From Clostridia bacterium (GTDB lineage Bacteria > Bacillota > Clostridia > Oscillospirales > Acutalibacteraceae), in assembly GCA_017621885.1 (NCBI GenBank), contig JAGASD010000048.1, positions 7,013 through 71,012 of the forward strand: a stretch of DNA of 64,000 nt. Reading direction: 5' to 3'. Below, one piece after another: positions 27,419 to 36,598 of this stretch. The notes under the pieces are model-generated. The model was not told the DNA's origin. It was given only the letters and a program-made list of their open reading frames with translations, and made no database searches. The translations under genes were made by a program, and so were the position numbers. Each line of letters opens with the position of its first letter. Positions within the stretch are counted from its first letter, which is position 1.

Positions 27419-28831
27419 ATGGTTAGCTTTGATATTTTGCAAACAACTCTGAATGTAAGTATGTTTGAGATTGCTTTAGGATTTTTCAGATTTATTGTTG
27501 TTATTCTTGCTATTGTAATGCCGATGGTTTTGTTGGTGTTAATGGCAAAATCAATAAATAAACGCAAAAAGAAAAGTGTGTTTATTTGTGTTATAAGTCT
27601 GGTGTTGTCGATTGTCTTTGCATATATAGTTTTTACTGATATAAAATTACCTGCAAGAGTTGACATCGAATCAATAAAAACATATCACGAAACATTGTTG
27701 TCAACGGAAAGTGGTTATTATGAATTTGATACGGGGTATATTGATGGCTCAATGCGTGTATCTGATTTAAATGATGATTATACACCCGTATTAGATTACG
27801 CTACAGATTACAAAAAATACAAGTCGCACGAAATAGACGAATACACAAAATGCTATATTTCACCTGTTATTTGTTATAAAGATGATAGGTTATCTCATCT
27901 CTGGGAGCCTTTGGGTTCATACGGTACAATTGTAATTGAAAGCAAAGATAAACTGATAGAAATTAAGTATAATTACATAAATAGTGGAGTTGCTGATATC
28001 CTTTGGCCAATTTCTAATCCTCAAACATTCTACAGACCTGAAATTGACTTTGGAGATTTAGTGACAACTTTAGGTTTTGAAAACAAATTAAGTACTACTA
28101 AAATGCGTTACACGAATGAAATCAGCGATTTCGGTGTTGATTTCAAAGTTGAAGATGGTGCGTTGTATTTAAAAGGGGAGAATATTGATTACTTTTTTGA
28201 AGATGCATCTTCTCTAAATCCCAACCAATGGAATAAGCTGACCTTTAAAGAAAAAATTATTCATATTTCCGCTTGTGGCGGAACGCTCCTTTATCTCACT
28301 GATGAGGGTGATGTTTACGGTTTAGGAAATACTGAGGGAATTTTTTCTGAATACGACCCCAACAATCCCATACAGTATATTACAACTCCTGAAATTTTAT
28401 TTGAGGATTGCAAATACGTTTCGGTTGGTTCAAAATTTGCAATTTTCCTCAAGAATGATAACACACTTTGGTTTTTAGGTGAAAGCAAAAACGGACAAAG
28501 CACAAAGATTGCTGATAGAATAGGGGAGCCTTTGAAAATTGCGGATAACGTTTATTTTGCCGAAGCATTCGGTTATACCTGCGGTTGGATTGATGAGCAT
28601 CAACAATTGCACCTTTGCGGTGATAATTCTTACGGTCAGATCGGTAACGGTAAAAAGGGGAACGGTTACCCCACAACATACGAATCAATTGTTACAACAC
28701 CTTATATTGCGTTGCGCAATTGCGCGAACTTTACTTCGGCAGACGGTGAAAGCGTTATTGCATTAAGAACAGACGGAACAAAATATGCCTGGGGCGGCGA
28801 ATACGGACCTGCACCTAAAAATATCGGATAA
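27419..28831 (+). CDS. Membrane-anchored protein with C-terminal RCC1-like beta-propeller repeats
   Basis: Two N-terminal TM segments. Repeats include DVYGLGNTEG, LWFLGESKNGQ, LHLCGDNSYGQIGNG and KYAWGGEYG. ATG 27419 follows GGAGG. Confidence 0.65.
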   Translation: MVSFDILQTTLNVSMFEIALGFFRFIVVILAIVMPMVLLVLMAKSINKRKKKSVFICVISLVLSIVFAYIVFTDIKLPARVDIESIKTYHETLLSTESGYYEFDTGYIDGSMRVSDLNDDYTPVLDYATDYKKYKSHEIDEYTKCYISPVICYKDDRLSHLWEPLGSYGTIVIESKDKLIEIKYNYINSGVADILWPISNPQTFYRPEIDFGDLVTTLGFENKLSTTKMRYTNEISDFGVDFKVEDGALYLKGENIDYFFEDASSLNPNQWNKLTFKEKIIHISACGGTLLYLTDEGDVYGLGNTEGIFSEYDPNNPIQYITTPEILFEDCKYVSVGSKFAIFLKNDNTLWFLGESKNGQSTKIADRIGEPLKIADNVYFAEAFGYTCGWIDEHQQLHLCGDNSYGQIGNGKKGNGYPTTYESIVTTPYIALRNCANFTSADGESVIALRTDGTKYAWGGEYGPAPKNIG

Positions 28832-28891
28832 AAATTAAAGAGTACAAGCAAATTAAACAGGTTTGCTTGTACTCTTATTATTAGTGTATTA

Positions 28892-29839
28892 TTATAAATT
28901 GTTGATAATATTAAGAACGCATTTTAATTCATCTGGGTCGAATTTGTCAACAGGCTTATCGTTTTCTATACACTCAAAGAAGTATTTGATTTCGTTTGCG
29001 TATGCATCACTCTTGGGGAGATTGATTTCACCTGTATCGCCTTCGGCATCTGCGGATAAATCAATTTTCTCATCATCTCTGAGATAAATTATCATTTTAC
29101 CGTTTTCGTTTGCAACAAGAGCGTTTTCAAACTGGAATCTGAATTCCGCGGTGAAAGGATAGCTTGTTGCATACCAGGATGATTCGGTGTTAATTGAAAA
29201 TTCTCCGAAATTATAATTGATTGTAAGGAAATCCTGGTCGGGAAGCTGTGAACGGTATTTGTAAGCAACCTCGGGCTTACCGAATGCATATACCATATAA
29301 TCAAGGTCATGTATATGTAAATCAAAGGGAACGAGACCGCTGCGCTTTTCGTCCATCATCCAACCGTCCCAACTCCATCTGGGGTAGCAACCTAATCTTG
29401 TCATTGTACCTGAAAGAAGCTTGCCGTATTTTTTTGTGTCATAAATTTCTTTAAGAAGCTCGTATTCGGGCCAGAATCTTAAAACGTGGGCAACCATAAA
29501 TTTAACGTTGTTTTTCTTTGCTGTGTTGTAAACTCTGTCAACATCCTCTTCCCTTAAAGAGATGGGCTTTTCACAAATTACGTGTTTACCACACTCCATA
29601 GCCTTTATTGCGTAATCAGCGTGAAGGTATGTGGGGAGGCAGATGTCAAGAATATCAAATTCTTCTTTTTCAAGCATCTCTTCAAAATCGGTGTAGATAT
29701 GCTTGGTTTCTGCAAATTTTTCAGTTCTTTCGGGTCTGATGTCACATAATGCAACAAGCTCCGCATTGTCCGTTCCTTCCCAAGCAGGGATATGTGCGCC
29801 GCTAATTCCGCCAACGCCTACAAGTGCAACTTTATACAT
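28892..29839 (-). CDS. Gfo/Idh/MocA family oxidoreductase
   Basis: MYKVALVGVGGISGAH Rossmann start. ATG 29839 lies 8 nt after GGAGG. Confidence 0.8.
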   Translation of the reverse strand: MYKVALVGVGGISGAHIPAWEGTDNAELVALCDIRPERTEKFAETKHIYTDFEEMLEKEEFDILDICLPTYLHADYAIKAMECGKHVICEKPISLREEDVDRVYNTAKKNNVKFMVAHVLRFWPEYELLKEIYDTKKYGKLLSGTMTRLGCYPRWSWDGWMMDEKRSGLVPFDLHIHDLDYMVYAFGKPEVAYKYRSQLPDQDFLTINYNFGEFSINTESSWYATSYPFTAEFRFQFENALVANENGKMIIYLRDDEKIDLSADAEGDTGEINLPKSDAYANEIKYFFECIENDKPVDKFDPDELKCVLNIINNL

Positions 29840-30007
29840 AATTGAACCTCCGTGTGTCGTGTGATTTTTACTATCCGACAAATCAAATACATTTTATCAC
29901 ATATTGTGAAAAAAACAATAGCAAAATGAAAATCTGTATACATATTATATATAAGAGAACAACCGGAAGCCGCGAGGCTTCCGGTTGTTGTATATTATTT
30001 GAGTAGA

Positions 30008-32353
30008 TTAAACGCGAACAATTTCGCTGTTGAGGTCTGCGAGACCGTCTGTAAGTGCTGAAGCAACACCCTGACCAAGAGAAATGAGCTCGTGGTAGTG
30101 GTTTGCGGGGTCACCCATTGTGAAATCGTTATCGGGAACAACGTAACCGATAGCATCGTTCATAAGACCGAAGCACTGAATATCTTCGCCAAATATAGAG
30201 CATGCAGCCTGGCTGGGATAGTTCTTACCGGTAATTGAATAAGGTCCGTTAAGAGAAATACCGTTGGGAGCAACAAGGTCCTGACAAATTTCACCGGGAA
30301 GGAAAACTGTCTTGAAGCAGTCACCGATTTCCATATAACCGATTTCGGTGATTGTTGCATAAGAGCCATCTTCATTAGCTATAACAACGTAGTTAGCCAT
30401 GTTGAGCTTACCAACAGCTTCAATAAGTGCGCTTGAAACGGGGATTTCAACCTGCTTGAGGTAAAGGTTAAGATAAGGTGCAACCTCAACCTCTTCAACA
30501 GCTTCCCAATCCTCGTACCATGTTGTGTAGGCGGGGTTGATGGGCATCATATAATCTTCGTAGATTTTACCGTCCGAAGATTTTACATATGTTGTGTAAA
30601 CTGACTTTTTGCTTGCGCCTTCCATGGGGATTTCAATAAGGGCTGCGCCGTTATATGCAATTTCATACATATCGGTTTCATCATTTACGCCTGCGGTAGC
30701 CTTTGTTTCGTCAACGAAAATTTCAACGGGATTACCGTCAGTATCGGTTACTGCGCAAACACCCTGCAAGGGTAATGCTGTAACTACGTATAATTCGGGG
30801 TCATATTCGTATTCAAATACAACTCTGTCATCACATTTAACGCTTATAGTGTTCAATGTGTCGTCGCCATCTACAGAGAAGGGGGCGTTAATGTTGTGGA
30901 TTGTAATATCCATACCTTCAATTGTAAGGATGGTCTTTACGTAATCAACGAACGAGTAATCGTAATCGTTAAATTCATTTTTGAGACTGCCGTCTTCATT
31001 GTAGATTGAAACTAATTCTGTGTTTTCTTCAACCTCTTTCCGGTTTGAAAGAACGTCATCAGCAAGGATTTCTTCTTCTGTAAGGTTCATTGAAAGAAGG
31101 ATTCTTGCAAGCTCGTAACCGAATCTCTGAGACTCTTCAACACGCTGATGTGTTTCAACGTTGTCACCTGTTGCGGAACGAGCCATGTAGATACCTGCAA
31201 TAGCACCCTGGAAGAACATAAAGTTGTAACCGTATTTTTCAAGGAACTGACCGCAGTAGAATACATAGTCACCGCTGATTTCTCTACCTGAGTTGCTTTC
31301 TGTGGGAAGACCTGCAACGTCGGGGTGAGCTGCAATGTTGAGAATCATAGTTTTCTTTGCTGAGTCATCATCAGGAGTGAACACGAATCTGGTGATATCT
31401 GTCATAGCAACCTGTGTTTCACCTGTGAATTCTTTGTAGCCATCTGCGTTTTCTTCGTAAATCATTTCACCTGAAGAAGGACGGTTTTTGTTCTGGAAAT
31501 ATTCCTGACCGATATCCTTTGTTGAATATGTAAGAACACCGGGCTGCATATCGTAGTATGCATCAACAAGTGCATCTGCAACTGTTTCTTTAAGGAATGC
31601 CATATATTCGGGGTTTGTACCCTGCTGAAGCTCTTCGTCAGCCTGTGTACCGCTGATGATACCGTTAGAAACGATCTTAGCAATGTTCTTTGTCCAGAGA
31701 CCTTCTGTATCAATACAGCTGTGTGTATGAGTAGAAGCAACGTTAATAGCAACGATGTTGTTTGCTACTGCAAAGTCAGCGAGAATAGCACGGATATCCT
31801 TAATATCAGCATTTGTTATACCGATACAGTCGATTGTTGCAAAAAGAACTGTGCCTTTATCTGTGCCGTCGTTGATAGCGATACATCTTACCTTCATATC
31901 GTCTCTGCCGAGGCCGGGGATCTGGGCGATACCTTCAACAACGTTTGTAAAGCCGTTTTCGGGAGCAATGTAACCACCGATATAGTATTCGCCGTTGTCG
32001 TAGTCTTCGGGGATAAGGCTTGCATTAGCGTAGCCGATGTTCCATCTGGCATCTTCTTCAGCTTCGCTTACAAACTCTTTGCCGATACCCTCATAATAGT
32101 TTTCATCGGCGAGTTCCAGGGCACTCTCTCTGTCCATGAATCCCGGTCCGTCGCCAAACAGACCTGCGAACAAGTCGAGAATGAACCTTAAAACGGTATC
32201 AATGATATCTGAGAAAATGATACCGATGGGATTTTCGCTGTCAATGATTGGGTAAGCACTTGAAGCACTTACTGTTACTGCGCCGAATGACGAGAATGCC
32301 AAAGTGAGGGCGAGAACAACAGCGATGAGTTTTGTTAATCTGCTCTTTTTCAT
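30008..32353 (-). CDS. Secreted neutral/alkaline-ceramidase-like hydrolase (paralogue 1, long form)
   Basis: Signal peptide (MKKSRLTKLIAVVLALTLAFSSFGAVTVSA). Motifs VASTHTHSCIDTEGLW, IAAHPDVAGL and NDAIGYVVPDNDFTMGDPANHYHELISLG. Family call rests on motif resemblance only. Confidence 0.5.
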   Translation of the reverse strand: MKKSRLTKLIAVVLALTLAFSSFGAVTVSASSAYPIIDSENPIGIIFSDIIDTVLRFILDLFAGLFGDGPGFMDRESALELADENYYEGIGKEFVSEAEEDARWNIGYANASLIPEDYDNGEYYIGGYIAPENGFTNVVEGIAQIPGLGRDDMKVRCIAINDGTDKGTVLFATIDCIGITNADIKDIRAILADFAVANNIVAINVASTHTHSCIDTEGLWTKNIAKIVSNGIISGTQADEELQQGTNPEYMAFLKETVADALVDAYYDMQPGVLTYSTKDIGQEYFQNKNRPSSGEMIYEENADGYKEFTGETQVAMTDITRFVFTPDDDSAKKTMILNIAAHPDVAGLPTESNSGREISGDYVFYCGQFLEKYGYNFMFFQGAIAGIYMARSATGDNVETHQRVEESQRFGYELARILLSMNLTEEEILADDVLSNRKEVEENTELVSIYNEDGSLKNEFNDYDYSFVDYVKTILTIEGMDITIHNINAPFSVDGDDTLNTISVKCDDRVVFEYEYDPELYVVTALPLQGVCAVTDTDGNPVEIFVDETKATAGVNDETDMYEIAYNGAALIEIPMEGASKKSVYTTYVKSSDGKIYEDYMMPINPAYTTWYEDWEAVEEVEVAPYLNLYLKQVEIPVSSALIEAVGKLNMANYVVIANEDGSYATITEIGYMEIGDCFKTVFLPGEICQDLVAPNGISLNGPYSITGKNYPSQAACSIFGEDIQCFGLMNDAIGYVVPDNDFTMGDPANHYHELISLGQGVASALTDGLADLNSEIVRV

Positions 32354-32600
32354 GTTGTTTTTGTCTCCTTTTACGTTGCCTTTTTCAAGACAACATTATT
32401 TGATACCATATTTTACTATATATATAATAAAAAATCAACTATCATTATAGCTAAATTCTTGCTCTATAGTTTAGTGTTTTGCACAAAAATCAATATCAAA
32501 TTCAATATGTTTGATTTATGAAATAATATGTATTGACAACGTCGCCTTTTTTGTGTAAAATGTTATGGAAATAATATGGTATCAAGGGGGATACTTCGTG

Positions 32601-33731
32601 ATGAAAAACAATAATTCTAACAGCAAAGCAACTGCACTTTTGGCATTGGGTCTTGCTACATGCGTTGTTATAGGGCTTGTATCAAGTACTGCCATGAAGC
32701 TTGCTTCTGCAACTGTTTTTATGAAAAACAGCAAACAGCCAACTAAAAATCCCGTTGTTGAATTGATAGAGGAAGCTATTGATACAATCATTCCCGAAAC
32801 ACCTTCGGTAACACCGCCTCCTGCAGATACAGGAAGCTCTTCTTCAGGTTCTTCAAGCTCTTCGGGCTCTTCAAGCTCTTCTGATTCCTCAAGCTCCTCA
32901 AGTTCATCAGATTCTTCATCTGAAACTACCACTGAGGCTCCTACAGAGGCTGAAACAAAAGCTCCCGAAACCGAAAAAGAAACCGAAGCTCCCAAGCAAG
33001 AGGAAGAAACAAAGGCTCCTGAAACCGAAGCTCCCGAAAAGGAAGAAGACACTACAGACCCCGTTGTTATTGCAAAACAGAATCAGGCTGTTGTTAAATT
33101 GTACAAGGATGTTCTTACTCGTGCAAAGCTTCCCGGCAAAGAGCCTTCCTTCAAAAAGGTTACATACAGATCTCTTGACAGAGCTTTCTGGGGTAGCTGG
33201 AGATATGAGGGCGTTGAAGAAAATAATGCAAGCTATTTTGTAGCAGAAGAAATCGCAAAGGCTAATCCCTTAGTTGTTCCCAAGGCAACAAAAACAACAG
33301 CTCTTGCTATAAATAACACTGCTTCTGCTTGCTTGCTTGATGTATCTAAGCTTGATGTTATTACAAAAGCCGTTAAATCAGCTTCAAAAGAAGTTCTTAA
33401 AGACGGTACTGTTAAGCTTGTAATCGTTCTTAACGATGAAGAAAATCCCACTCCCATCAAACCTACAGATAAAACTTCGGCAAGCTTCACAAGCGCAATG
33501 TTCCCGGTTGTTACAGCAGCTCAGGTAATGAAAGCGGTTGACGATAATAAAGTTGAATCTGTAAATCTTGTTTATTCTGATTGTTCGGTTGAGCTTGTTT
33601 ACAGACCTTCTAACGGTCAGATTGTTTCAATGAAGCAGGTTGTTAAATATGAGGCAGCTGTTGAACAAGGCTTTATAACAGCGAAAGGTACGGTTACAGA
33701 GGTTTCCGATTATACAAACTTCGTATATTGA
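32601..33731 (+). CDS. Membrane-anchored protein with a poly-Ser / TEAP-rich low-complexity linker
   Basis: ATG 32601 follows AAGGGGGA. One TM helix, then SSSSGSSSSSGSSSSSDSSSSSSSSDSSSE and (E)TEAP/K repeats, then a globular C-terminal domain. Confidence 0.6.
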   Translation: MKNNNSNSKATALLALGLATCVVIGLVSSTAMKLASATVFMKNSKQPTKNPVVELIEEAIDTIIPETPSVTPPPADTGSSSSGSSSSSGSSSSSDSSSSSSSSDSSSETTTEAPTEAETKAPETEKETEAPKQEEETKAPETEAPEKEEDTTDPVVIAKQNQAVVKLYKDVLTRAKLPGKEPSFKKVTYRSLDRAFWGSWRYEGVEENNASYFVAEEIAKANPLVVPKATKTTALAINNTASACLLDVSKLDVITKAVKSASKEVLKDGTVKLVIVLNDEENPTPIKPTDKTSASFTSAMFPVVTAAQVMKAVDDNKVESVNLVYSDCSVELVYRPSNGQIVSMKQVVKYEAAVEQGFITAKGTVTEVSDYTNFVY

Positions 33732-33742
33732 TTAATATTATG

Positions 33743-33779
33743 GGAAGAACGAGTGAAAAACTTGTTCTTCCTCTTTTTT
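33743..33779 (+). terminator. Intrinsic terminator
   Basis: GGAAGAAC...GTTCTTCC followed by TCTTTTTT. Confidence 0.65.
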
Positions 33780-33857
33780 ATTGCTTGATAATTGAATATC
33801 ACTATGTTATAATAACTAATTGAAATAATATAACTTGAGTGGATAGAGGAGAGAATT

Positions 33858-34253
33858 ATGACAAGACGTGAAGCAAGAGAACAGGCGTTTTTGGTGCTTT
33901 TTGAAAAAACCTTTTTTGAAGATGTTTCAATAAGCGAAATTGTTTCAGATGCAGAAGAAGCAGAATTAATTAAAATTAACACTTTTGCTGATGTTATTCT
34001 TAAAGCTGTTGAAAATAACATTGAAGCAATTGACAGTGTTATTGTTGAGAATGCAAAAGGTTGGTCCGTTTCGCGTCTGCCCAAGGTTTCACTAGCTGTG
34101 CTGCGTCTTGCAATCGGTGAAATGAAATTTGTGGATGACGTTCCTGCAGGTGTTTCTGTGAATGAGGCTGTTGAGTTAATGAAGAAATACGGTACTGATG
34201 CAGATGCATCTTATGTGAACGGTGTTCTCGGTGCTGTTGCCAAAACGTTATAA
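33858..34253 (+). CDS. nusB: Transcription antitermination factor NusB
   Basis: MTRREAREQAFLVLFE start, 131 aa, in the conserved nusB-xseA context. Confidence 0.9.
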   Translation: MTRREAREQAFLVLFEKTFFEDVSISEIVSDAEEAELIKINTFADVILKAVENNIEAIDSVIVENAKGWSVSRLPKVSLAVLRLAIGEMKFVDDVPAGVSVNEAVELMKKYGTDADASYVNGVLGAVAKTL

Positions 34254-34254
34254 T

Positions 34255-35181
34255 ATGGGTTTTATTGGTTTTGATACAAGTAATTATACAACCTCGGTAG
34301 CTTTTTTTGACGGTGAAAATATGTATCAGAAAAAACGTCTTTTGCCCGTTAAAGAGGGGGAAAGAGGGCTCCGTCAGAGTGATGCAGTGTTTCATCATAC
34401 AAAAGCGTATCCGCATTTGCTTTCTGAGCTTATGTCGGATGTTCGTTCGGATATTGATGCTGTGGGCGCTTCTGTAAAACCAACCACGCAGGAAGGCTCG
34501 TATATGCCTTGTTTTCTTGTGGGTGAAGGTGCGGCACTTACGGTTGGCACTGCCAACAAAGTGCCTGTGTATACCTTTTCCCATCAGCAGGGGCATATTG
34601 CAGCTGCATTGTTTTCTTCGGGTAAAACCGAGCTTTTTAATGAACACTTTTATGCATTTCACGTTTCGGGAGGAACAACTGATCTCGTTCTGTGCAAGCC
34701 TGACGAAAAAGAAATTATTAAAGTTACCCCCATTGCATCGTCTTCGGATTTGAAGGCCGGGCAGGCTGTTGACCGTATCGGTGTGAAAATGGGTCTGAGT
34801 TTTCCTGCCGGTGCCGGCATTGAAGAATTAGCATCACGTTCGCAACGGGTGTATAAAAATAAAATTAAACTGAAGGATGGCTTTTGTTCGCTTTCCGGTC
34901 TTGAAAATAAATGTCTTAAAATGCTGAGTGATGGTGATTCCGGTGAAGATGTTGCAATGTTTTTGCTATGCTACATTGCGGATGCCGTTATTGCCATGAC
35001 AAAGGATGCTTTTGAAAAGCACGGTAAATTGCCTGTGGTTTACGCAGGCGGTGTTATGTCAGATAAAATTATCAGAAACAGAATTTCTGCTGAATACGAA
35101 TGTTTCTTTGCAGAGCCCCAATACTCCTGCGATAACGCTGCAGGTGTTGCTTACCTTGCATATCTTTCTCACAAGAGGTGA
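34255..35181 (+). CDS. TsaD/Kae1-like ASKHA-fold protein (glycoprotease family paralogue)
   Basis: GFDTSNYTTSVA resembles the TsaD G.ETSCDETS motif. HQQGHIAAA and the C-terminal GGVMSDK are also family-like. Starts 2 nt after the nusB stop. Confidence 0.55.
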   Translation: MGFIGFDTSNYTTSVAFFDGENMYQKKRLLPVKEGERGLRQSDAVFHHTKAYPHLLSELMSDVRSDIDAVGASVKPTTQEGSYMPCFLVGEGAALTVGTANKVPVYTFSHQQGHIAAALFSSGKTELFNEHFYAFHVSGGTTDLVLCKPDEKEIIKVTPIASSSDLKAGQAVDRIGVKMGLSFPAGAGIEELASRSQRVYKNKIKLKDGFCSLSGLENKCLKMLSDGDSGEDVAMFLLCYIADAVIAMTKDAFEKHGKLPVVYAGGVMSDKIIRNRISAEYECFFAEPQYSCDNAAGVAYLAYLSHKR

Positions 35182-35185
35182 ATAG

Positions 35186-36397
35186 ATGTTAACCCCGAGC
35201 CCGACTGTTTACAGTGTAACGGAACTTAATAATTACGTTAAAGGTGTTCTTGACAGAGATGAAAACCTTAAACACATATTTGTAACGGGTGAGATTTCAA
35301 ACTACAAGGCGCATTACAGCGGTCATTTGTATATGACAATTAAGGATGCTTCCGCAGCTGTCAAGGCAGTTATGTTTGCAGGTAATGCATCAAGATTGCG
35401 CTTCAGACCCGAAAACGGTATGAAAGTGTTAATCTTAGGTACAATCTCTCTCTTCCCCCGTGACGGTTCGTATCAGCTTTATATCGGTGATATGCAACCC
35501 GACGGTATCGGTGCGTTGAGTATCGCTTTTGAGCAGTTGAAGGAAGCGCTTGCCAAAGAGGGGCTGTTTTCGGAAGCTTACAAAAAGCCTATACCTCACT
35601 TTCCCCAAAAGGTAGGCGTTGTAACCTCTGAAACAGGTGCCGCAGTTCAGGATATTTTTAACGTCTTACAAAGACGATACCCCGTTGCTGAAATCGTTCT
35701 GCGACCGGCAAAGGTTCAGGGGAGCGGTGCTGCAGAGGATGTTGCAAAGGCTATTTGCGAATTTAATGATTTGAACGGTGCTGATGTTTTAATCGTCGGC
35801 AGAGGCGGCGGCTCCATTGAAGATTTGTGGGCCTTTAACGAAGAGGTTGTCGCAAGAGCTGTTTTTAATTCGCGTATACCGGTGATTTCAGCGGTGGGGC
35901 ACGAAACAGATTACACAATATGTGATTTCGTTGCTGATTTAAGAGCCCCCACGCCATCGGCGGCTGCTGAGCTTGCGGTCCCCGATAAAATTGAGCTTGT
36001 ATCTGAGCTTCTTTCGTATAAGCGTCATATTTTAGAGCTTACAAAAAAGAAAATTAATGAGGAACGTAATAAGCTTCTTTATATCGAACAAAAAGAGGTT
36101 ATGCGTAATCCCGCAGCACGAATAGATGAGCAGAGAAGAGAGCTTGCGTATATTTCAGAAAAGCTTGTCAATCTTTCTTCGGGTAACCTTGAAGAACAAA
36201 AGGGCAGGTTTTCTGCATTGGTTGCTAAGCTTGATGCGTTAAGTCCTTTGAATGTTATATCAAGAGGCTTTGCTCTTGTTGAGTGCAACGGTAAAGTCGT
36301 TACGTCAAAAAACAAACTATCTGTAGATGATGAAATTACATTGACACTTTCAGACGGTGTTGTTAATGCCAGAGTTACTAATACAAATGAGGAATAA
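35186..36397 (+). CDS. xseA: Exodeoxyribonuclease VII large subunit
   Basis: N-terminal OB fold (VYSVTELNNYVKGVL), GRGGGSIEDLWAFNEE motif, 403 aa. Confidence 0.9.
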   Translation: MLTPSPTVYSVTELNNYVKGVLDRDENLKHIFVTGEISNYKAHYSGHLYMTIKDASAAVKAVMFAGNASRLRFRPENGMKVLILGTISLFPRDGSYQLYIGDMQPDGIGALSIAFEQLKEALAKEGLFSEAYKKPIPHFPQKVGVVTSETGAAVQDIFNVLQRRYPVAEIVLRPAKVQGSGAAEDVAKAICEFNDLNGADVLIVGRGGGSIEDLWAFNEEVVARAVFNSRIPVISAVGHETDYTICDFVADLRAPTPSAAAELAVPDKIELVSELLSYKRHILELTKKKINEERNKLLYIEQKEVMRNPAARIDEQRRELAYISEKLVNLSSGNLEEQKGRFSALVAKLDALSPLNVISRGFALVECNGKVVTSKNKLSVDDEITLTLSDGVVNARVTNTNEE

Positions 36398-36400
36398 ATA

Positions 36401-36598
36401 ATGGAACAGAGCTATGAAAAATCATTAATGCGTCTTGAAGAAATTGTTAAAATTCTTGAAGAGGGTGGGCAGCCGCTGGAAAAGACTCTTGAGTTATTTT
36501 CAGAAGGTACTGCACTTATTGCAAAATGCGGTAAATATCTTGATGATGCCGAGAAGAAAATTACGATATTAGGTAGCGGTGAGAATAATGCACAGTAA
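36401..36598 (+). CDS. xseB: Exodeoxyribonuclease VII small subunit
   Basis: 65 aa. SYEKSLMRLEEIVKILEEG is typical, and it sits immediately after xseA. Confidence 0.85.
   Translation: MEQSYEKSLMRLEEIVKILEEGGQPLEKTLELFSEGTALIAKCGKYLDDAEKKITILGSGENNAQ

Noticed and set aside
32582-33052. 156-aa minus-strand ORF opposite the poly-Ser region.
   Set aside because: It is a mirror-image low-complexity product (EELEE repeats) of the Ser/Glu-rich sense frame.
33710-34662. 124-aa and 207-aa minus-strand ORFs.
   Set aside because: They are antisense to nusB and the TsaD-like gene and have no family resemblance.
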